DNA of 64,000 bases, taken from positions 19,104,015-19,168,014 of the forward strand of contig NC_068998.1 of assembly GCF_001194135.2 (NCBI RefSeq), given 5' to 3'. Shown in pieces: positions 1-12,245 of the stretch. Made by a program: the position numbers and the translations under genes. This DNA is from Octopus bimaculoides (lineage: Eukaryota). The notes beneath the pieces are model-generated. The model was not told the DNA's origin. It saw only the letters and a list, made by a program, of their open reading frames with translations, and searched no databases. Numbering within the stretch: the first letter of the stretch is position 1; each line of letters starts with the position of its first letter.

Positions 1-141
1 CTAGACCACAGAAAATATGCACTGAAATAACATACGTTGACTAGAGAAGGTTGTAATCATTACGTAATTCAATATGGCTAAGACTGAAAAATCTCCTTAT
101 AGAATTAAGACTTTGTAGAAAATGTAATGAAAAATACTAAC

Positions 142-212
142 CTCTTTCGGTAAAACTTCCCATTCTCCAGAAGTTAATGTCACCTCAAAAATTATGTTAG
201 GTTTGAAATATT
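142..212 (-). CDS. DPP9: DPP9 coding exon 9 (EYFKPNIIFEVTLTSGEWEVLPKE, 71 nt); gene continues left of the window
   Basis: Acceptor ttttattttAG, donor GAG|GTTAGT; LTSGEWEV motif; phase 1 to 0. Confidence 0.92.
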
Positions 213-3200
213 CTAAAATAAAATTTATAAAGGTTTATAAGTGGAAATAATTCTTTTTATGAAATATAATTTTAACTGCAAACAAATTTATATGGTAATA
301 TGGGTTTCATATTCTGGCGCAAGGCCAGCAATTTTCAGGTGAGGGGTAAAGTCAATTACATTGACCCCAGTATTCAACTGGTACTTATTTTATCAAACCT
401 GAAAGAATGAAAGGCAAAGTCAACCTCAGCAGAATTTGAACTCAGAACATAAAGATATAGACACAATGTTGCTAAGCATTTTGCCCAGCATGCTAATGAT
501 TCTGCCAGTTCACCACCTTAAATTTAGAAGTTAGTATTAAGATTTAAACATTTGAGAAAAAGCAATTAATACATTCTTTTACTAGTCTCAGACATAGAGT
601 ACCACCTTTTAGGGTACAGTAGATAACATTGAGCCCTGCAATATCTACTTTATTGAGCCCATACAGATGAAAAGTAAATTAGACATAGGTAAGATTTAAA
701 CTCACAGCATAAAGGGATGTAAACAATTAGCATAAAATATTTTGTCCAATGCACCAGTGATTTCGCCATCCACCCACTTATATAAAGTTTATTTCATACT
801 TAGTGTTATGTACAAGGCTTTTGTTGACCCAAAACTATAGCAGAAAACAATGTGCTGTGCCAGGATATTGAACCCAAACCATGTGATAGGGAAGTAAATT
901 TATGAACCTTGCAACCATGTGAGCACTCATTTTTTATCCCTATTTTTTTTACTGAAATTCTCTAATACAACTGGCACTCCATCGGTTACGACGAGGGTTC
1001 CAGTTGATCCAATCAACAGAACAGCCTGTTTGTGAAATTAACGTGCATGTGGCTGAACACTCCACAGACACATGTACCCTTAATGTAGTTCTCAGGGAGA
1101 TTCGGTGTGACATAGAGTGTGACAAGGCTGGCCCTTTAAAATACAGGTATAGGAAAATAATCACAGAAATATTTCTATTTCTCAAGCAAAAAAATGGTGT
1201 CATCATCATCATCATCATCATCGTTTAACGTCCGCTTTCCATGCTAGCATGGGTTGGACGATTTGACTGAGGACTGGTGAAACCGGATGGCAACACCAGG
1301 CTCCAGTCTGATTTGGCAGAGTTTCTACAGCTGGATGCCCTTCCTAACGCCAACCACTCAGAGAGTGTAGTGGGTGCTTTTACGTNNNNNNNNNNNNNNN
1401 NNNNNNNNNNNNNNNNNNNNNNNNNNNNNNNNNNNNNNNNNNNNNNNNNNNNNNNNNNNNNNNNNNNNNNNNNNNNNNNNNNNNNNNNNNNNNNNNNNNN
1501 NNNNNNNNNNNNNNNNNNNNNNNNNNNNNNNNNNNNNNNNNNNNNNNNNNNNNNNNNNNNNNNNNNNNNNNNNNNNNNNNNNNNNNNNNNNNNNNNNNNN
1601 NNNNNNNNNNNNNNNNNNNNNNNNNNNNNNNNNNNNNNNNNNNNNNNNNNNNNNNNNNNNNNNNNNCCCGCACAAGCCAGTCCAGGGGCACTGGCAACGA
1701 TCTTACTTGGCTTGCCGGGTCTTCTCACGCACAGCCCATTTCCAAAGGTCTCGGTCCGTAGTCATCGCCTCGGTGAGGCCCAATGTACGAAGGTCTTGCC
1801 TCACCACCTCAGCCCAGGTCTTCCTGGGCCTACCTCTTCCACGGGTTCCCTCAACTGTTAGGGTGTGGCACTTTTTCACGCAGCTATCCTCCTCCATTCT
1901 CACCACATGTCCATACCAGCGCAATCGTCTCTCTTGCACGCCACAACTGATGCTTCTAATGTTCAGCTTTTCTCTCCAATTTAAAAAAAATTATCTTACC
2001 ATCAAAAGTACATCTTTCAAAATCAATAACAGATTCAGTCATGTGTTGTAGCCGAGATTTAATTAAATACAAATGGCGGAAGCCAGTTTTTTCACTAGAC
2101 CAGAGGAACGTAATTTCATCGTCTTTTTCTTGAGGGAAAAAGTGTAATAAATTGTGTACCTGAAAGAAACATATATATAAATATAAGCACATTTTGATAT
2201 TATTCAAAAAGAAAAAAAGCTCTTTAAAATGTAAAATATGTAGTACAAATATTAATAATAATGCTATGGCACAGGTAAGGCAGTGTGGTAAGAAGTTTGC
2301 TTCCTGACCATAGTTTTGAGTTCAGTACCTTGAGTTCAGTACCGGCATGGTACCTTGAGCAAGTATCTTCTACTAAAGCCTCAAGTCCACCAAAGCCTTA
2401 TGAGTGGATTTGGTGGACAGAAATTAAAAGAAACCTGTCATATATGTTCACATGTGTGTGCATGTATGTGTTATTGTCTCCTCACCTTGGAATCATGTAA
2501 TAATTGTAAGCAAGTGTCACCACCATCTCAGCGGTGTCATCTGTTTCCAATCTTCTGTGAAAATATGTCTGGTCATGAGAAATATTACTGTACTTGGAAA
2601 CAGGTGAGGAGTAGTGACAGTAAGGGTATCTGGCCATAAAAATCCACCTCAACAAATTCCATTCAACCCATACAAGCATGGAAAAGTGGGTGTTAAAATA
2701 GTGATGATATATTATATAAGTGTGTTTTTCTTTTTTTTTTTGATGGTGGATTATTGTTAAAAAGATGGAACTTCTTGACTTGTTTATGTCTTACAACAAA
2801 AAGTCAAAATAATAAAATCTAACTTGGCACTTAACTCTGAGCAATAAGAAAATTTGAATAGTAAGCACATAGCAACATCTGTTCACTTAGGCATTTAAAG
2901 CTTTGGAACAAAATTTATGCATATACTGATCTGTTATTCAGTGCTTATGGATCAATAAACAGTAACAATACATATTATCATGGAATATAACCGGCTTCAA
3001 ATGTCATCTTTGGCTTTATCACAAAAATTAAAATGGCATTTCAAATATAAATAATTTGTAGGTTAAGATGAAATAATTTGTAGGAAAAATGAAGCTTCTT
3101 GCTTGAAAAAGAAAGTAGGGGTATAGCTGCAGTTTTAATAGATTAAAGTTGACCTTATAAAAGGACTTTAATTTTCTTTGATGAGGTATAAAGCAGTTTT

Positions 3201-6200
3201 TTTTTTTTGAGGGGGGGGGTCCAAGGAAAAAAATGACACATTGAATGAAACTTTAATATATTACAGAGGTTTTAGTACACTAGGCAAAATGCTTAGCAGC
3301 ATTTCATCCATCTTTACATTTTGAGTTCTAATTCTGCTGAGGTCGACTTTGCCTTTCATCCTTTCGGGATTGATAAAAGAAGTATTAGTTGAATACTGGG
3401 GGTCAATGTAATCGAATTACCCAATCCCCAGAAATTGCTGGCCTTGTGCCAAAATTTGAAACCAATATAGTACAGAAGTTTATTTTATAAAATGTTAAGG
3501 ATTAAAAGGCAAAATCAACTACAGCAGAAATTAACCCAAGATGCCTAAACTAGAAATGGTAAAGCATTTAGTCTGATACACAAATGTCAAAATCCTTGAC
3601 TACAGCAGAAATTGAACCCAAAACACCTAACTAGAAATAGTGAAGTATTTAATTTGACACATTGTCAAAATTCTAAGTCCTATTTCTATAAACACACTAA
3701 GAATATTACAGAAATATTATTACAAAAATATTGACATTTTGGATTCAAAATATGTAACAACTTGATTGAAAATGATGAGATGTCTTACATTAACCCAAAT
3801 ATCTGATTGATCTTCCACAAGTACATGAATCCTTGACATTAATGTAGATATATCCATCTCATGGGATTCATAAACAAAGCAATCTTCCGGGATGAGAACA
3901 AGTGCTAATCTGTCTTGCTGCCGTGAAAGTAGTTCTGCATATACACTGAAAATATTTAGAAACAAAAAAACATTTCAAAACAAAATTTCCTTCAATGCAT
4001 ACAAACATACTGATTTTTTTTTGTCTTTTTTTTTTACTTGTTTCAGTCATTAAACTGGGTACCACCTTAGAGAATTTTTAGTCAAATGAATCGACCCCAG
4101 TACTTATTTTTTTAAACCTGGTTCTTACTCTAGAAGTCTCTTTTGCAATGTAAAGTTTGACTGGATAAAGCAAACAACATTTGTATCAGCTATTATATAG
4201 AAGTTTTCATCAATTATATAGAAGTTTTCACAGACTTAGGACTCTAGATTTTTTTTTTTTTGGGTACCTTTCACAGTCATAGTAACCCAACCCATACCAG
4301 TATGGAATATGGACAATAAATGATGATGATGATTATATATGTATAACTTTTCTTCACGTATGTGCCATGGAAAACATCTTACCAAATTCTTTCTTCAAAA
4401 TCTAAAACCAAGATTTGAGCCTATACCTCTTTGAAGGCAAAAGAGGTCAAACTATTCAGTTGTCATCACACTTCCATATCTTACATCAATTTCACATGAT
4501 TTAACACAATTAAAGAACAGTGAAGTAGATATGCTTATTCATATACAAAACAAGCTCTCATAGATTATTTTTATTTTCCTTCTATCCACTGCAACTTACA
4601 ATAAAATGCAGTACCACTGCTGGGGGAGGGGGGGCAATGGAGGAGAAGATCCACCCTGAGCAATGTTTTTCTGGAGATGGTACTTCTGGGTCTGCCGTAT
4701 AAGCCTGTACAGGTTTCGGGACCTGGTGGATAATGGCTGCTCCAAAAGGTACACACTCTAGCTTAAGCCACTGGTAAAATGCTATGATGTCTTTAGAGAC
4801 GACAAGTTTGCAAAGCATTAATAAGTTGAAAAGCATCTCCTCCCACCCTTCTACTTGGTCAAGGTGCCAATCGATGGCAAGTTTTGCTCATGAATAGATT
4901 TGAATTCTGCAACACTGGAGTTTCTCCAGTGCGGTTTAGTATTGATTTACTTGCCCTTACTCAGCCTAAAATAAATATATCTAGAAAGAATAAATATACA
5001 TTACAGGATGAGTGCTAAGCAGTGATGTGCATAAATACAAGATTATTACCAATTCAAGTATGCCTGGAACATATTTAAACCTGTAAGAAAGTTATTCACT
5101 GTGTTTTGTCATGGAGGAAATTTCTTGCTGTAGATAAATAATATAAATATCACAGGTGATATTGCAAGCCGATTTTAGATGTATTTACACCATTTGTCAA
5201 CAGCAAGACATTTTCTCCATGGCAAAACACAGTGAATGGTTTTCTTACAGTTTCAAATATGCCCCAAGCATATTCGAACTGGAAATAAACATGTGTGTGT
5301 GTACATATATATATAATTGCAGTGTGGAAGGTGTTTATAAGCCATTTAAAATAACACAGTCAGCACACGATCTCAGATCAGGTCACTTGCTATGCAAGTA
5401 CATCTCCGCAATATATATATATATCCCTCACTCAAGAGGTCTTGGTTTGCAATCAATGAGATCTCGCTAGCACTGATGACATGAAAAAGCACCAAGTACA
5501 CTATTGTCTGTGATTGGCATTAGGAAAAGCAACCACCCACAGAAACCACACCGAACAGACATCGGAGCACAAGGCAGACCTTTAATCTAGCAGATCCTAT
5601 CAAACCATCCAACCCATACCAGCATAGAATAAGGATGGTAAATGATGATGATGAAGCTACAAATTATTATTATATAGTTCTCTCTCTATCTCTCTCTCTC
5701 CTTACATCGGTAAAATATACCTTTCAGTGTTATTTTGAATCAAGAAAATCTGTGCTATTGTGTTTTAATGTCTACACCACATGGCAAAATACAATTCACA
5801 ACCTTTTAACCAACAACTTTCAGACTAATTTAGTTGTTCATGAACTGCTAAAGACATAGTACAGTGGAATAAATTCCAGATCAGCTCAAAAAATAAAACA
5901 AACATTATTACATACTATTTGCCATCAGGGGTCCAATCAGCTCTCACTAAATACTCCATCCAAGGAAAAAACGTTTTCAGAGACGTACGCATGGTTTTGA
6001 TTTCAGAATTCTCTGATATCTGAAGTAAATAAAAATGGCAATATATAAAGGTGTCAAGTCCATTCATTTTTTTAAATGTACAGGGTGTTCAGGTTAAATT
6101 TAACAATATTTTTATGTCTCCTTTTATCAGAAACAGCTTGATATATTGGTAAACAGTTAACAACATAGAAGAGCATAAAGATTAAAGTTGTAATTGAAAA

Positions 6201-9200
6201 AAAGTTAGCTAAAATGGAGGACTGGAAACCATCTGAATATTGGAAAAGAGTTACCAGTATCATGAGGATTTATATCAAGTGGTGATGGTTGGCACTCCGT
6301 CGGTTACGACGACGAGGGTTCCAGTTGATCCGATCAACGGAACAGCCTGCTCGTGAAATTAACATGCAAGTGGCTGAGCACTCCACAGATACGTGTACCC
6401 TTAATGTAGTTCTCTGGGATATTCAGCGTGACACAGTGTGACAAGGCTGACCCTTTGAATTACAGGCACAACAGAAGCAGGAAGTAAGAGTGAGAGAAAG
6501 TTGTGGTGAAAGAGTACAGCAGGGTTCGCCACCATCCCCTGCCGGAGCCTCGTGGAGCTTTTAGGTGTTTTCGCTCAATAAACACTCACAACGCCCGGTC
6601 TGGGAATCAAAACCGCGATCCTATAGCCGCGAGACTGCTGCCCTAACCACTGGGCCATTGCGTCTCCTATACCAGGTATCAAAATGCCAACATCATGACT
6701 GCTGCTGAATGCTCTGGGAACATTATGAAAGGTGTAAGATGTGACATGGACAGCTGGAGCAGAGACTACAAAGCTGTGGCCAGCAGGTCTTTGGGTGTGT
6801 CTTTGAACAGGGACTTAAGCTCAATTTAGGTGGTGATGTGAAGCTGCTGAGGACTGTGGTCAATTTCTGGCTGGAGAGGGTTGTTGCTGGAAGGCCATAT
6901 GTGTAGCAGCAGGATTTAGCTTCTTGCCATACCTCCAGAAAGAATCAGAAGTGGTTGTTGAAGAATTTCTACAACTTCACCAACCAGTTTCTAACCTCCT
7001 AATTCCACCGACTATAACCCCATGGATTACTATGTGTGGGGTGCAGTTGAGAAAGACACTATCCACTTTGCCCACAACACTAAGGCCACGGTGGTAGTCA
7101 AGATCAAGGAGGGGTTCCAAGATCTTTCCAGGGGCACAATAAGAAATACAAGCACTATGTTTCTGAGCTGATTTGACGCTGTGGTGCAAGCTGAGGGTGG
7201 CGACTTTGAGTAAACTATTATCTCCAAGCTATAATCTAGTTGATATTCTTTTACTTTTTTAAAATAAATTTTGTTTTTGGACAAGATATTGTTCTCTTTT
7301 CCTTTTACAGAAACTATCAAATTTAACCCAAATACCCTGTACAAACTGTTTCATTTTTACTGTGTTTGAAAAGTAAAAAAAAAAACCACCTACTTCTAAT
7401 TACTACACATCTCCCTATCTCTCTCTCATACATATATTACGCACACTGAATTCTTTCCCATTCATTTACTGATTTCAATCACTGGACTATGGCCATGCTG
7501 GAGTACCACTTTCAAGTGGTTTTTTTTTAGCTTTTTTTTTTCTTTCTTTCTTTTTAGTTGATATCTAGCCCAGTCCTTATTTTATTGTTCTGTATTAGAA
7601 CATCATTATTTGATTTTTTTTTTTTCTATTTTGCACCAATAATAATGTTTTCAACAAAAAGGTTTTCCAAAAAGCAATCAAGTGCCAAAAATTTAAAATA
7701 GGAAGAAACAGTTTAACCCATAAACTGCGATAGGCCACCTCAGTGGCCAATGCTACAGTGCAATAGACCACCTCAGTGGCCAATGCGACAGGTCATGTGC
7801 GTAGCCACGGAAGTAGAGCGTGATCTGACCTAATTTTGATGACGTATAATGTTATAATGTATGCACACGATACCCTTTCACCCCAGAAACAGTGTAGCCA
7901 ATCACGGAAGGTGTTAAGAAACACTGAGTATTTTTCTCGAGTGATAGATCAATGTTGATCTTTACCCAAAATAGGCTCAGCAGTTTGTGTTACATACAGC
8001 AAAATCCCAGCAGTTTATGAGTTAAAACAGTTTCCATGACTCATTAGATTTGTAACCATTTGTAACAAACCATCTGGGCCAAACATACTGATCGTCTTCA
8101 TATAGAAATATGTCACACAACTGCATCAGATGGATAAAAATATTGTATTAAATGAAAGAGAAAAAGGACAACTTACTTGGCCTTTTGAATTTACTGCGAA
8201 TTCTACAATTTTGAGAGTACTTTCAGCATTATCTGTACCTGTGGAATCAAGAAAAAACAAATAGTTAAGGAAACTGTGAATATGTACATTATTTGATGAC
8301 ATATAAGATGCGTTTTTTTTGTTCCTAAAAGATATCTAAAAAAAAAAAAATCACTCTAGGTCCTATATGCAAAATTGAGCCTCTATTACATGCTTTAATA
8401 CACTAAAAGATTTTTTTCCCCTTAAATATGCACTGCTAAAATTGTAGTGTATCAAATGCCATGTGTCTTTTATGTCATCAAATACAGTAAATAAAATGAT
8501 ATATATTAAATGCAAAATTTACAGAATATAGAATTAAATTGCTTTACACTTTCAATTTTAACTATTTGTTGTTAGTTTGAAGCCTATCTCAAGAAATGTA
8601 TCTAATTTTAAAATATGGGGAATAACAAGGAAACTGATCCCTAGTACTCAACTGATAATTGTTTTATTAATTCTAGACAACTGAGAACAAAATATGGCAT
8701 AAAACCTTCCCAATCATGTCAATTTTTTTTTTTCATCAGACTTAAACTAAAATAGCCATAGAAAAGGTTCTTAAGGCAAAGGAAAAAAAGGAAAAAATAT
8801 AACCTCAAATCCAGAATTCATTTACAACAAATGATACTTCATAATTAAAATGCTCAAAATTCACAGCAAGTTAAAAATAATTTTTATAGATTTATTCATT
8901 TGACAGTTTATTCTCCAGACAAGACTTGCATTAAATATATTTGCACACGGTGGTGCATCAGCATGGCCGCAGCTCTGAGCTGAAACTTTGAAATGAAATG
9001 AAAATATAATTTGCCAGTACACTTTCAATATTACATTATTCACTGCATGTTAATCCTTAGTTATCTATGATATATTTCTTTTCACTCAACATGAGACCAA
9101 TCTTCATTGACTGAATTAAGAGAAATGGTGCATTTAAACCAAATAGTTTTATCCACCTTTCTTCCTATATAAGCACTTGGTATTCCTAAAGTTATTGCCA

Positions 9201-12200
9201 TGAATACTTTCCTTGGGAATTCATTTACAAAAAAAATATTAAGGTTCAATATTAATGCCTTTAACTGTAGTCTAAAGACTGGAAAAAGGCATCATTTCTC
9301 TTCAGACTAATTAAAAGCCTTTTATTGTACAAGTGGTTGTACAATATATTATCAGTTTGAAAGTATTTTTAAAAATTGCCCTTGCATACAGGCTCATCCC
9401 CTGCAACCCTCTCCAGCTAAGCATCCCTAATCTTGTGGGCTCGCAAGTGCTGGTGCCACATAAAAAGCACACATGCCAGTGCTGCATAAAAGCACCCAGT
9501 ACACTTTATAAAGTGGTTGGTGTTAAGAAAGGCATCCAGCTGTAGAAACCATGCCAAACCAGACAGGGAGCCTGAACAGCCCTTCAGCTAATCAGCTCCC
9601 GTCAAACTGTCCAACTCATGCCAGTATGGAAAATAGACATTAAATGGTGACGATGATGATGCCTATCTTCTGAGCAGTTTTCTTCTAGCTTGTGTTATGT
9701 ATTATACAGTCTTGTTTCAGTCATTTTCTTTTGCGTGCATGTGTGTGTGTAAGATGAGTGGCCAATGTGTCCTTTTCTAATTTAAGATGGGTGTGATTTG
9801 AGGAAAATGTTGCTGCTATTTCCAACTGGTTGAGACACCCTACAGAAGTTTTCCCTTGTAGGTTGTTGTTCAACTCCAGATCAACCCTAATCAAACATCT
9901 ATGGTGAAAGTTATTCTCGTTGTAACCAACTCATTCTTTTGTGAGTTACAGGAGATTCGGCTGCTATTTCCAGCAAGATTTGGGGTTGAGATACAATAAG
10001 ATTTTTAAAAAAAGGGAGTGTGTTCTAAGTAGGCCTGATGGAAGGGATAAGTAACATCCACTCAAAATACACATCAACAGAGATCTACTAGCTTGTCTGT
10101 TGGAATTCAGTAAAATTTTTCTGCTGTAATTATCAGGTTTATAATTTCAGATTTCAAATTTACACCATGTGCTGGTGCCACATAAAAAGCACCCATGCTG
10201 GTGCCATGCAAAAAGCACACATGTTGGTCCCACATGAAAAGCACCTGTGCAGGTGCTATGTAAAAAGCACCCAGTACACTCTCTAAAGTGATTAGCATTA
10301 GGAAGGGCATCCAGCCATAGAAACCATGCCAGATCAGACAATTGGAGTATGGTGCAGCTCTCTGGCGAGCCAGCCCCTGTCAAGCTGTCCAACCCACCAT
10401 GCCAGCATGGAAAATGGACGTTAAATGATGAAGATGGTTATTATTAAACGTATGGAATCACATACTGAAGTTTTTGCCCTGTTTCTACTTGTTTTTTTTT
10501 TAATTTGTTTCAGATTTAGTAAAATTACTGTGTTTGTTTTAAATTATCCCTCATGCATCATTTCATTTAAGACCCACTACAATAATATTCCCAGTCTGAT
10601 GTTCTATTGTCATAGTTATTCCCATTCCCTTATATGATGGCAACAAATATAAAATTATAAACTTATATTTGAACATAAATTATCAACTGACTGCTTAGAA
10701 GAAGAAAACTTAACCAGTATGGAATAGAGATAATCTCTTAATTATAATACATACAATTTGATAACTTAAACATTAAATTTATTCAAAAATTTGAACCGAG
10801 TTCATTTTTTGTGGTCATTGATTTAAAGTCTCACAAAAAATGGTATTTTTATTTTTAGAAACTGTTCCTCAACCATTTTATACTTTCTATATTAAAAGTA
10901 AGCACTTAAATTATAGTTACAGACAAAGAAAAACTAGAAAAAATTATCGACCTGCTCGAGGATAGCGGTACATGTCCATCTGTTTATTATCTGTTGTGGG
11001 AGCAAATGTGTGCAAAATATCCACTCGAGTTTCATCTACTTCTTCAAATAAAATGTTGTAAGTCTCATGTCCATCTGAAATATAGAAAAGACAACATTTA
11101 TGAATAATTACTTTGACTTATAAATAAACATTTTGATTTATTTTTAATATATTAACTACTTAAGCACTAGGCCTAATCTATGAAGAGAAGTTGCATAACT
11201 GCTTGAATCATCTTTAATATACCATAAGCACTCATTTTATCAATCCTGAAGAGATGAAAGGCAAAGTGGTCAACAGCAGTGTTTTAAATGAAAAGATAAA
11301 ATTAAATGCCGCAATGCATTTAGTTCATTTTTCTTTTTTTACAGCCTCAAACATCTCCACTGCCTTTATCATTTTACACAGAAGATAGCATATGCATATC
11401 TTTCACACACAAAATTGATTCAAGTTGAAATCTAAAAGAAAAAAATCCCTGGTTCTTCTTCTGTTTTGAAAAGTGCTAGTGAAACAAGCACTTACTATGA
11501 AAAAGATTTTCGTGTAAAAAAAATACTATATAAATCTTATACATATAAAATACAATTTTCATCTTAAAAAAAATAATAAATATTGTTGCTATCAGAATAA
11601 TTGATGTTTTAAATGCAGGAATAAAACCAAAGTATATATTCATATTTTTATCATTCCATTATAAGTAAAATACAAAATTTCACTTCTAAGTACAAACAAT
11701 TTGGTACTTAAGATGAGGAAAGTAGAAAATATCTAAAGATACAATATACTTGAGGAAGAATATGTAAGCCCAGAAGCAACAACCCCTAGATCCTTAGTCT
11801 GAACCATACTTCAGACAATGTGTTATATCCTTGGGGAAAAAATGTGCCTTTTTTTACCAAATAATTTTCAACCAAACTTGAAAAATAAACATATGGGGAG
11901 GCATTCATCCATAAGATACCTATTGCACAACTATGTTCATATCTACAAACCAATCTAAGCTAGATTGATGCTGCAAAAGTGTTGTAAAATGCTTTGAATG
12001 TAAAATGGTTAAACAAAATTGTCACAGTCCATGCTACCAAATAAAATCTGATATAGAAAAATAATTTACATTATTTACATTTGACGGATATTTGTCCGCA
12101 TCTTGTTTGTTGTTAACAACAACGTTTCGGCTGATATACCTTCCACAGCCTTTTTCAGGTGCCTTGGGGAAATTTCGAACCTGGATTCTCATTCCTAAAG

Positions 12201-12210
12201 TAATTTTCGA

Positions 12211-12245
<35 letters not shown>

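Noticed and set aside
1-141. Tenth DPP9 coding exon
   Set aside because: No frame resembles the expected IWV...LVYF.G segment; the next exon lies outside the window.
1225-2051. Long ORFs of 105-225 aa in the track
   Set aside because: They are artefacts of translating through the N gap; only the minus-strand RTE C-terminus is real.
6590-6668. tRNA-Arg gene
   Set aside because: It is the head of a SINE, continuing into a ~310-bp body, with degenerate stems.
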